Assembly (NCBI GenBank): GCA_001724265.1
Contig: MEDY01000290.1
Coordinates: 1 to 50,516 of the forward strand
Direction: 5' to 3'
Origin: Rhizaria sp. SCN 62-66
Lineage: Eukaryota
Length of the DNA: 50,516 nucleotides
How positions within the stretch are numbered: position 1 is the stretch's first letter; the number at the start of each line of letters is the position of its first letter. This document shows, piece after piece, positions 24,901 to 35,447 of the stretch. The translations under genes and the position numbers were made by a program. The notes below the pieces were generated by a model, which ran no database searches, was not told the DNA's origin, and was given only the letters and a program-made list of their open reading frames with translations.

Positions 24901-25889
24901 GCGCCGGCGTCGGCAGCTCTGCGGGCAGCAGCAACCGTTCGCTCGCGGTCACCCAAGCCGCCTCGGCCGCACTGACTCCCGCCGCCGCCGCCGCCGCCGC
25001 CGCTGGCGCTGGCGCTGGCACTGGGAGCGCGGGCAGTGGCGGCAGCGGCGGCGCGGCTGCGCTGTCTGCGCTGGTGCAGATCGAGCATGACTGGCAGCTG
25101 CTGCTGCATCGTCTGGCCCGCGTCCTGCTCGGCCCCACCGCCGCCGCCGCCGCGCTCGCCCCCGCTGCCGGCTCGAACGGCAACGGCAACGGCGAGTTCG
25201 CGAGTACGGGCGTCGCGGTCGGCGTCCGCTGCAGGAGCGGCGTCGAGACCGTGCCCTGCTCTCTCGCGCTGGTCGTGCTGCTGGAGAGCCTGCTCGACAT
25301 CGGCAGCGGCGGCGCCAACAGCAACACGGGCAGCGGCAGCGGCAGTGCCGCCAAGGCCAGTGTCGGCGGCAGCGGCGGCGTGGCGACCGTCCACCACGGG
25401 CTGTGGACGCTGCTCACTCTGCTCCTCACCAGCGGAAACAGCAGCGGCGCCGTGAGTGGCGTGGTCGCGGCCGTTGACGCGAGCACTGTCGTGTACGCCT
25501 CGCCTGTCATCACGGGGGCCCCTGACTCGAGCGCGAGGCTCGTGCTCAGTCGCTCCGTGGCTCCCGCTGCGGCGGCTGCGATCAGCAACAGTATGGACCG
25601 CTATTTGCTGCGTTTGTACGAGACCCGCTGCGAGTGCGCCGAGGGCGAGAGCGCGTGCGAGTGCGCGACCGTCTGCATCGGCGACTGGCCGGTATCGGGC
25701 AACTTCACGGCTGCTCTCCACAGCGACAACAACAGCGCCGACGCGGGGGCTGCTGCCGCAATGTTCTCGATCAACGGCGGCAGTAGTCCGTCAGTGATGC
25801 TGAGCACTGTTGCCGATGGCTTGGCGGAGAAGGAGGCTGAGCTTTGGGTCACTATGCTCAATGATATCGTTGCTCAGCAACAGCTGTAA
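962..25889 (+). CDS. CFAP54: Cilia- and flagella-associated protein 54 (central pair C1d projection), greatly expanded; exons 962-1084, 1187-3798, 3980-7767, 7925-14724, 14901-25889 (24,312 nt, ~8,103 aa)
   Basis: Four GTACG...CAG introns join the long + ORFs in phase. Recognisable CFAP54 blocks occur in the correct order: LWIVVNAIVH..., VTWAILVAETLLPLTTSKYLPLRSRLY, LLPNTAYVYAAAA...AIGQTSPRVVTALPL (spans intron 3), LLLALRVACLL, ALFELGNLH...AWSGAVDAVL, LLRARVLVGAGLLSDA, ARVWIAAQIALA. Confidence 0.85.
1085..1186 (+). other. CFAP54 intron 1 (102 nt, phase 0, stop-free 3n)
   Basis: GTACGT donor, GCTGAC branch-like site at 1151, pyrimidine tract, TCGCAG acceptor, and a drop in GC content. Confidence 0.75.
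3799..3979 (+). other. CFAP54 intron 2 (181 nt)
   Basis: AG|GTACGA ... TTTCAG|G; AT-rich; joins ORF 941 to ORF 3951 in phase (AG+G = Arg). Confidence 0.9.
3865..3906. mobile_element. 42-bp perfect palindrome (20-bp arms, 2-nt centre) flanked by a 6-bp direct repeat TGTCTA; probable collapsed TIR element or mini-MITE
   Basis: GTCAGTAATAGAAATCCCGG-AC-CCGGGATTTCTATTACTGAC, with TGTCTA at 3859-3864 and 3907-3912. An alternative reading gives 21-bp arms (3864-3907) with a 4-bp GTCT duplication. Confidence 0.7.
7768..7924 (+). other. CFAP54 intron 3 (157 nt)
   Basis: AG|GTACGC ... CCACAG|GT; T-rich; joins ORF 3951 to ORF 7810 inside a conserved block. Confidence 0.9.
10459..10512 (+). repeat. Degenerate 18-bp coding tandem repeat x3 (PQSLQD PQSLQR SQSLGS)
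   Basis: CCACAGTCATTGCAGGAC / CCGCAGTCGCTGCAGCGC / TCACAGTCACTTGGCAGT. Confidence 0.7.
12121..12139 (+). repeat. Dispersed motif copy CTCAGGGTAAGTACCCGCG (identical at 44528-44546)
   Basis: Direct 19/19 identity between CFAP54 exon 4 and CPSF1. Confidence 0.9.
14725..14900 (+). other. CFAP54 intron 4 (176 nt)
   Basis: CAG|GTACGG ... ACTCAG|GAC; very T-rich; phase 0 into the frame of ORF 15114. Confidence 0.9.
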
Positions 25890-26426
25890 CACTGAAAAGC
25901 AACTTGAAGCAATCGTCGAACTCGGTATCGAGGACCTTTTTGCACATTATAAGAACAAATAACACAACATTTTGATTTATATAATAACCTACTTTGCGTT
26001 TTATATCCTTATTTTAGTTACAAAATCCATTGTATCAAAGAATACACTTTATTACCTCCCCGAAGCCAGTCTTCCTCTGTTGACACCTGTCCGCATGCGT
26101 GATCAATACAATGCTCACAAAACCTAACATGTAAAGGGGATTTAAGTTTAACAAGAAGATGAAACATTTCTTGGCTCATCTTTTACTACCACCTTTATAT
26201 TGTTATGATCGGAGTATCTGTGTTAAATTTGGCTTTGAAAATCGTATATGGGAGTAACGGACATTCTGGGTCGAAAAATGATTTTGCCAGTCGGTCCGGA
26301 CGAAGCTGCCACTGTCCAATGGTTGCAAGGGGGGGCTGACAAGGAGGCGAGATAGAGCCGCATTTCTGCCTGGTCACGACGATCGTCAAGAGCGTTGCAT
26401 ACCAACTTGTCACCTTATTCCGGCAG

Positions 26427-26433
26427 TATAAAA
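26427..26433 (+). promoter_or_regulatory. Candidate TATA box of the kinase gene
   Basis: TATAAAA about 60 nt upstream of the ATG at 26491; position only. Confidence 0.3.
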
Positions 26434-26490
26434 AGCTTCGCTCCCATTTCTGTGCGCTAACTGGTCCATTCTAGTCCTGTAGTCAACACA

Positions 26491-29400
26491 ATGGGTTGTG
26501 AGGCTAGCCGTGAGCGGCCCAGCGACGAAGCTCTCTGGTACGTCAATCGCTCTCTTCCGCATCTACTCCTATTGCCAGTTTTCTTATTTTGCAACATATT
26601 CCCAATCTTGTTTTACCATAGCATTGGCTTTCACTGTTTAGCACCAACAAATATCTTACGTATCATCCCGTTTCTTTTCCCCGCTTCACCCTCCTCGTCA
26701 CCCCCCTTTACAACCCTACGGTTCGTGTCCTCGCTGCCTCGCCCTGCGCCTTCCGCCTTTCCCGACGCCTCAGCTACGATGACCTCGACGACTGGGAGCC
26801 CACGCTGTACGACCCCGCGCGCGCGGAGAAGTGGTCGCACCGCATCGAATACCTGACCGACCCCGTCGCCGGCGGCGCGTCTTGCCAGATGTTTAAAGTG
26901 CGCGATAAAGGCGCAAAACCAGACGAACCAAGCCTTCTCGCGCTTAAAGTCATGGACGCCACGCAGCCGGGCATCAAGGACATGTGGCTGAACGAAGTCC
27001 GCATTCTCCGCACTCTGTCCAAGGTCGCCGCCAAGCGCAACCTGCTCGAGTTCATCGACGCCTACTCGGCCAACGACCGGTGCTACTTGCTCACCACCTT
27101 CTACGAGGGCGGCGACCTCTTCTCCGCCGTCGAGACCATGGGCGCCAACACATACACCGAGGAGCGCGCCGCCGCGATGCTGCGCGACATGTTCCGTTCT
27201 TTGCTCGCCGTGCACGAGGCCCGGTTCGCGCACCGCGATGTGAAGCCCGAGAACTTCGTGTTCGAGACCCCCGACCCCGCCTCGACGCTGCGCCTCATCG
27301 ACTTCGGCTGCTCCTTCCGCGGCAACACAGGCGCGACCTCCCCGACCGCTAGATCGCTCTCGGCCGGCGTTGGCGGCAGCAGCGGCAACGGCACCGTGTT
27401 CTTCCCGCCCGTGCCGTCGACCTCGACCGCGGCCGCGACCGCTGAGTCAGCCGCGGCGTCCTCGGCCTCGGCCTCGTGCTGGGACGCCGCCGCCGAGGCC
27501 GCCGACGCGCTGGTGCCCATTGACCGCCCCCAGTCACTGTATTACGTGGCGCCCGAGGTGATCGCGGCGGACGTGCTGCAGGATGCGCGGTACCGCTGGG
27601 GCCGCTGCAAGCACTGCAACGAGCTCTTCTACCTCAAGGACCTGGGCAAGATCCTCCGCGGCGGCGAGCGCGCCGAGGAGCGCCGGCAGAAGGCGCGCTC
27701 GCAGCGCAGGCCCACCGTTTCCTCGAACAACCCCGCCGAGGCGCTCTCGCCGCTGGCGGGGCCCCAGAGCCACGGCCCGCTGTCGCTCGGCGCGACCCCC
27801 GCGGTGTCCGCGGCCGAGGCGGCGCTGTCCCCGCTCATGTCGCCCCTCGTCTCGCCGCGCGTCGGGCCTTCGGCGGCGGCGGGCGGCGGTGCGATGCTGC
27901 CGCTGACGTCGACGCTGTGCGTGACGGGCGGGCCCCACGTCGCCGACGCACACAGCCGCTACCGCGTCAAGCACCGCCGCGCCCCGCTCGCCAGCAGCGC
28001 GGTGAGCCCCTACGGCCACCTCGGCGGCGCGGCGACGAGCGTCAACTTCAGCAACAACAGCAACAACGGCGTTATGAACAGTAACAACAGCGGGCACGGC
28101 GTCGAGTTCAAGCCCGAGCCGCTGCCCGCGCTCTCGCTCCGCGTCTCCAACAGCGGCGGCTCCGGCCACAGCAGCAGCAGCAGCAGCAGCAGTAGCAGCA
28201 GCAGCAGCAGCGGCGCTATCGGCGCTGCGCACGCCATCGCAGAGGCCCCGTCGTCGCCCCTGGCCGGCGGCGCCCGCGGCTCAATGTCCGCCAAGACGCG
28301 GTCCCGGTCCAACACGACCGTGGGCGGCAGCGAACCCCCGTCGCTGTCGTTCTCGTCGTGTATGGCGTGCGGCGGTATCGTGTGCCTGGACCGCAACATC
28401 CCCACGCAGGCGCTGTGCCGCGCCACCAAGGGCATCCACATCCTGCTGTGCCACCACGACTACCATCTGGCGGCCAACCCTGAGGCGATGGCCGCGATCC
28501 ACGCGCTCGACACGCTCAAGCCCTCGCACGCCGCGCGCGCTGTCGCCCAGGCCGACTTCACGGCCTTCAACGCGCGCACGCTCGCCTGGGTCCAGGCGCA
28601 GGCGCGTGCGTTCGCACTGCGAGAGATCGCTAGTGCTGCCGACGACGCGCTGCACTCAAACAACAACAGCAGCGGCAACGGCAACGGCAACGGCAACAAC
28701 AACAGCACTGGGAACAGCAACAACAACAGTCCTGGCGATGGCGAGGCCGCAGCGCTGCCGCAGCATGGGCTCACCACCAGCGCCAGCGCTGTCGTCACCG
28801 GCCACGGCAACGGGTCCTATGCCAACGGCAACGGCAACGGCGCGGCCGGTGACACCGATAACGTGGACCTCCTGCGGTCTTCGGTGCGGCGCATGACCGT
28901 GAGCGGCGCCTCGCCCTACCCGCGCCCGCGCTCCGCAGGCCCCCTCGACTCGGGCAACGGCAGCAGCGGCAGCGGTGGCGTTGCGGGCGCGGCGCAGAGC
29001 TCGGCCAGCAACACCGTGCTCATCACTAACAGCAGCGGCGTCACGCTCTCTAGCTACACCGTCGATGGCGGCGCGAACGGCGGCAACGGCGGCAGCGGCG
29101 CCGACTCGGGCGTGTTCACGCTGCCCTCGTGGTGGGTGCCCGCGCCGCTGCCCATCAGCAACCCCGCCGGCGTGTTTGCCGCGACGATCAAGCCGCCGCC
29201 TGCCGCGCTCCCGCCGCCGGGACTCGTCCCCGCGCCGCCGCAGCCGCTCTCGGCCGCCGCGCTCGCCGCCGCGGCCGCCGCGGCCTCGGCCGCCTCGGCG
29301 TCCGGCTCCAGCTCGCGCCGCGGCAAGAAGAGCGGCAGCGGCAACAGTGTCGACAGCAAGGCCGACGCCTCGCTCGCGGGCGGCGGCGACGCGGCCGCGG

Positions 29401-32400
29401 TCGGCGGCGACAAGGGCGTGCGTGAAGGCGGCTGGCGCGTGTGCGCGACCTGCGCCGTCGTCTACTGGTCTCCGCACCCGCTGCAGCCCGCCAACGGCAG
29501 CACCGGGCATGCGCACAACCACAACCACTCGCACGGTGACGCCGACGCGAGCGCGAGCCTGGGCTTTCTGTTCGACTCGCGCAGCGCGTTCGACCCCACG
29601 GTGCCGCTGGTGCCCGAGGTCGCGTCGTGCCCGCACGCGCTCTGGGCTGTGGGCGCACCGGTCCACCTGCCGCTGCAGCCCGCCATCACCAACGGCAACG
29701 GCAGCGGCGCTCCGGGCAGCACCGGCGCGGGCAGTGCGAGTCAGTTCGCTGCCGCGGCCGCTGCGGCCGCGTCTGCCGACGCAGAGGCCGCGGCGCAGGC
29801 GAGCGCGGACAACACCATCTCGACCTTCGTGCACTTCGGCCGCAGCCTGGTCCCGCTCGACGGCGCCGCCGCGGCCGACGCCGACGCCGAGCTGTGTCCG
29901 CCGCCGCCCGCGCAGGGCTTCTACCTCGACGCCGGCCCCTCGTTCCAGTACAACGGCGGCAACTCCAGCGGCAGCGGCGTGAATAACAACGCGACGGGCA
30001 TCGCGCTGTCTGCAATCGCCACAAACGCCACGGCCGCGGCCCACAGCAGCCTCGTCAGCGTCACGGCTAGCGCCAGCAGCACGCTCGGCGGCAACGGCGG
30101 GGCGCTGCTGAGCTCCGAGACGCCCGCGTTCACGCCCTCGCTGCCGCTGCCGATCTCGACGAGCGGTAGCGGCAGCGTGCTGGGCGATGTCGGCTCCAAC
30201 GGCGCGGCGCCGTCACCGTCGTTCGCGCTGATGTCGACCGACGCGAGCAGCAACACTGCAGGCAACAGCAACGGCATCAGCCACGGCCACGGCCACGGCC
30301 ATGGCCGCGGCGCGAGCCTCGGCGGCCCCGGGTCGCTGCACCTGACGCCGACGCCCTCGCTGGCGGCGCTGTCGACCGACGAATCGCTGACGCTGCTCGC
30401 CTCGTCGAGCTCCATCTCCACGGCGCGCATGGCGCAGCTGTCGTTCCCGCACATGCCGCTCGTGAACCCGCTCGCCACTGCGCCGCCGGGCACTGCGCCC
30501 GTGGTCCCCGTGCCCGTCCCCGCCACGCTCCCGCCGCTGACCTTCGCGCTCGCCAGCGCACAAGCCAGCGCCGCCGCCGCCGCCGCGTCGCCACGCGCCG
30601 CCGCCCGCAATGGCAATGGCAATGGCAGTGGCAGTGGCAGTGACAGTGGCGCAGTAGGTGCCGATAGCTCCGAGGCGGGCCGCAGGCTGGCGGCCGCGCA
30701 GAGGCGGCTCGACCAGTTCACTTCGGCCGCCGCCGCTGCTGCCCTCAATAACAACAACGGCAACGCAGGGAATAACCTCAACAACAACAGCAACAGCAGC
30801 AGTGGCGGTGCGAAGGCAGGGCGCTCCCCATTTGCGCCGGCGCCGCCCAGCGCGAGCCCCAGCGGCAACAACTCGCCCGCCAAGGGGGCCCTCGGCGGCG
30901 GCGGCATCACGCGCACGAACAGCAACAGCTCCAACTCGCGCGTGTGCAGCCTCCCGTTCTTCGGCGGCGGCGACAGCGACGACGACACCGACGCCGACCA
31001 GTCCGGCAGCGGCGGCCTAACTTCTGTCTCGGCCGTGCCCACGCACTCGCCCCTGCCCTGGGACGTGCACTTGGACACGGGGCGCGTGCTTACCTCGCGG
31101 CTCTGGCGCGCCAGCGACGTGTGGTCGCTGGGCGTAGTTATGTACGTGCTGCTGACTGGGCGCGCGCCATTTTTCTCGCAGGATCCCGGCCAGATCCACC
31201 AGCAGATCCTCGCCTGCTCGTGGGACGTGCCGCACGCGCTGTCACCCGCCGCGATCGACCTGCTCACGCGCGTGCTCGCGCGCGACCCGCTGGCGCGCCC
31301 CACGGCGTGGCAGGCGCTGCACCACCCCTGGCTGGCGGGCGCGCCGGGCGCCGCCTCGCGCGCGCCGCTGAGGCACGTCGCGCGCGCGCTCGTCTCGCTG
31401 CGCCGCGACACGCTGTCCGGCCACGGCCACCTGCGGCGGGCCATCGCGCGTAGCTTCGTGGCCGCGGGCGCGTACGTACCGGGCGCTTTCGACTGCGTGG
31501 CGTCGGTTCTCGAGCAGCTCGACCACGACGGAGACATGCAGCTCGCCATCGACGACGTCGCGCTCATCTTGGCTAAGTTACAGCAGGAGTACGCGCTCAT
31601 GGCGCAGGAGAAGCGCAGCAAGCTCAACGCCGCCAACAGCAACGCGCTCGTTGACGCCAGCTCTTCTCTCCAGCAACAGCAGCTTCAGTCTCAGCAGTCT
31701 CAGCAACAGCAGCAGCAGGCGCCGGTGCTGTCGTCGCTGCACCTGGAGGTCGCGCAGGAGATCATGTCGGACATGCACCTGACGCCGCAGGGCCGGATCA
31801 CGCGCGACGAGCTCAAGATCGCGCTCGCGGCCGCCACGATCGGCTCCGTGCACTCGGTGCTGGGTCCGCTCGAGACAGTCTTCACACGCCTGGACGTCGA
31901 CAAGGACGGCGCGGTGACGCCGCGCGACCTGCTACAGGCGCTGCGGCCGTACGTCGGCGCGGATGAGAGCGTGGATATGTGCCGCGCGCTCCTGCTCAGC
32001 AACACCACGGGCAAGCACGGGGGCGGCAAGGCCGGCAAGAACGGCAAGAGCGAAGGCAACGCCGAGGGCGACGACGACAACGACGACGATCAAGTCTGCG
32101 TGAGTCTGGCTGACTTTGCGCGCGCGATGATCCCGTCGTACACGCGCAGCTCGATGTTCGCGCTCTCGCTTCCCGCCACGCCCCCCTCGGGCGGCATCTC
32201 GCACGACAACTCGCCCGCGCTCTCCCCCACCAACACACAGTACGGCGTCGCCCCCGGCGTCATCGACGGCCAAAACGGCTATCACCACACTGCAGCTGTG
32301 GCGGCGCACGGCGGACAGTCGTTCAGCGAGAGCGGGTACGCGCAGTCGTACGACATGAGCGTCAGCACCATCGACGCTAGCGCTCATGCTAACGCTTATG

Positions 32401-32651
32401 CGAACTCCGGTGCGAGTGTGGACGCTGTTGCGGCGGCCAAGGCTCAGGCGCACGCGGTGGCGAAGGCTGAGGCGGATGCGCTCAAAGACAGGTTTACCGA
32501 GGCGTCGTTCGGCGACCTTGACACGGTAATCAGCCATAACAACAATAACAACAGCGCGGAGAACCCTGAGATGAAGACGGTCACGGGTGCGAACGGAGAG
32601 ATGGCTGAAGGGGCGGTTATGGTTGCGCCGTCAATGCCCGGCACGGCTTAA
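26491..32651 (+). CDS. Calcium-dependent protein kinase (CDPK/CAMK group)-like protein with an interrupted catalytic domain; exons 26491-26537, 26774-32651 (~1,974 aa)
   Basis: N-terminal MGCxxS myristoylation/palmitoylation motif; intron GTACGT...CTCAG at 26538-26773. Kinase motifs: G-loop AGGASC, ALK, NEVRIL, GGDLF, HRDVKPEN (27231), DFG (27300), YYVAPE (APE at 27549), DVWSLGVVMYVLLTGRAPF (31116), RPTAWQALHHPW. EF-hand-like loops DHDGDMQLAIDD and DVDKDGAVTPRD plus two degenerate ones. Confidence 0.88.
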
Positions 32652-35447
32652 GTTGTGTCAGGCCTGACAATGGCGCGCTTGCTCTCAGCCACTCACCCCA
32701 ACGGTCGTTATCATGTTTGAATCTGCTCTTGGTTATTGGTTATTTCTTGATTTGCACCTGTTATGCCTTTCGCTTTGTTTGCGTTTTTCGTTTGTTTGCT
32801 GTTGCTAGTTTGGCTGTAGGGTCTTTTTGTTTGCTTATTCTTAGCATGTCTTTTGAATGGCTCTTTTTTGTATGTTTTTTTTGTTTGTTTTATATTTTCT
32901 TTTTTTGTGTTCAGCATCCAATCTCTTTTCGTTTTGCACTGCTTTGCGTTGCTCTGCTTTGCTTTGCTGCGGATCGGTTGTTTGCTCTAATTCTGTGTAT
33001 TTTTTTTTTCGTCTTCTACGCCATGACATTTTGTTCCTTTCTCGCTATGATGTTTCGTTCCTGCTGTCGCGGCTCTTGTTTTTGTTCCTGTGACTATTCA
33101 CAAACACCCACATGCACACATTCTTGTAGTGTTTGTGTTTGTGATATGATGACAACAGCTTTCTTGCTCCAAACATATCATAGTCTGCATATAGTCGCAC
33201 TTTAGTAGTGCTTAACATTAACATGCTGCAAGCACAGTAGTTGCCTCTGTGGTTGTTGCTGTTATCGTTGTTGCTATGTCGCTCGATGATGTGGTTGTGG
33301 CCGTGTTTCTGTCCTTGTTCCGTTTTGTACACACGTACACTTACGCTGATATTTACGTCTTTTATTCAAGAGGTACTTGCACTCACGACGCGTACGCTTA
33401 CACCGTTTACGCGTCATTTAGCTTCGGTCGTTTGACCGTTCCTCTTGTGGACGTTGTTAATTTCACTCACACTCTAGTATCTCCAGAACAACAACTTCCG
33501 CGTGAAGCAGCATCACAACCAGAACCATCACTCAAGAGGAGTACTTACGCGTGTGAGTACTTGCATAGACCTCGTGAGTCAAGTTTGTGTTGTTGCAGCA
33601 TGTTTCTAGTCACTATTATTTTAACCTTCTAAAGTGACTAGCGACAAATCTAAGCACCAGAAAGTCAATTTTAAGAGCAAGTACCGACGACTTTGGTGCT
33701 TTCAGATATTAAAATTGTCTGTTGTTGCTTCCTATTTTGTTCATGGATTTCGTGTCAATATTTACAGCCATCACTGCTTGTTGGTGTTGACCCTCTTTGT
33801 GTTTGTGCCAGTGTTTGTGTTTATGTTTGCCACTTTGATCTTGCGATGCAAGCGTCTTTAAACCAGGTCCTTTTTCCCTCTTTGCTTCACATAGTCTCGC
33901 TCGACCAATGACTGATAAGGAGCAAGGCGGGATTTTTGCGTTGCCTTGTCTCGGATTCAACTGGTGAGTCCTCAACTTCCTCCAACTCTACTTCAAAACA
34001 CCTCATTCCGTCCCTTAATGTCACGCGTATATGACATTCCGTGTTGGTGTTTATGCATTACTCCCACTCGTCCTTTCACGCTTTTCCGCTTGTTTAGTGC
34101 GCAATAACACTCTGTTCTCTGAGCAGCACGATGACGTACCTCCCTACTGTCCGTGTTTCTCTTTGATTTGCTTCAACACACCCATTTTACGTGCGTCAGT
34201 GGCCAGAGTGTTAGTGTTGTTGCTGTGACTTTTGCCTTTGTTTGTTGCTGCTGATGTTGATCCTGGTTTCTTTTTGCGCCTGCGTTCTGCTACTGCTTGT
34301 ATCACGAGTCCGCGGCTGTTATATCAATACGACGAACGTAGCAACACTTATTGTAAGTGATGCTATTAGAAAACACACGTATTGCTGTTCTTTCAGTTCC
34401 TCCCAATCACATCATCAGTACACAACAAGCTCTCTCTCACATTGACTCAGAAGACTCAATCACATTCGCACCATCGACGTCATTGCCGTCTGTCGCTGTT
34501 GATTTTCGTTGTCAGCTTGTTTTGTTTCGTTTGGTTTTTTTCTTTGTTTGGTTTATATTGGTCATTATTTTGTTTTTCTTTTTCTGCAAAACAGGATACG
34601 CCCTTGTATATCTTTTTATATTCACATCACTCCCATAAGACGCAGGTTGCAGCGAATCACACCCAGGCGCTCGCAGCTTTTTGTGACAGTCATTCAATAA
34701 CAAACAACAATAACAACATCAACATCATTGTCGGTTAGCAACACTAACTGTGGTAATAACACTTCCATGTCTCAGTCCAACAAATCTTTTAGTAACACCA
34801 TCAGTAACACTCTCACACATCTCGTTTACAGACCTTGATTTTGTTTCCTCCTTTGTAACCTCTACAACTGCCATTTGTGTAAAGATATAATTAGTATAAG
34901 TACATGACTCCCTCCCCTTTTGTTTTCAAATGTCTCTTAAGGACAGCACAATATTTACCAAAATAAGACCAATCAAAGTATTTTCACCATGTTAACATGC
35001 ACTTTTTGCAGAATTTACTAATCACCAGTAATAGTCATAGTAATAAGTTCTAACACACCAATACATATAATACATATTTACTATCGCATATATGATGTTA
35101 AGCTCTAGTCATAATTGAGCTAATCAAGTGAATGTGCACACGCACTGCAGGCAACAGCGTGTACAGATCGAGGGCTGGACGTTTTACAAAATTAACATTC
35201 ATATTTATTCAGAACGGATCACAAAAACAAAAATACTATACATCCTCGACGTTGCTAAATCGTACATGTAAGCAACACTTACTATATGAATCCTTTGTGG
35301 TCAAACAGCCTTCACAACCGTACCGTAGATCGTAACCCATCAACGCTTACATTCACAGTTCCTCAATTCTCACGCTACACCACTCTGGCCAAAACATTGA
35401 CAGATAATGCACGCTTCGAATTTAGCCTGCATCTACTAATCATGTAC

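Noticed and set aside
941-25889. Four separate genes as suggested by the ORF track
   Set aside because: The gaps are consensus introns that join the ORFs in phase, one within a conserved CFAP54 block.
27558-31115. Intein in the kinase
   Set aside because: No Hint-domain blocks, HN-C/S/T junction or homing endonuclease motif seen; the composition is low-complexity.
32711-35335. Short Phe/Leu/Cys-rich or Lys-rich ORFs
   Set aside because: Products of T-rich non-coding sequence; codon usage is unlike the real genes.
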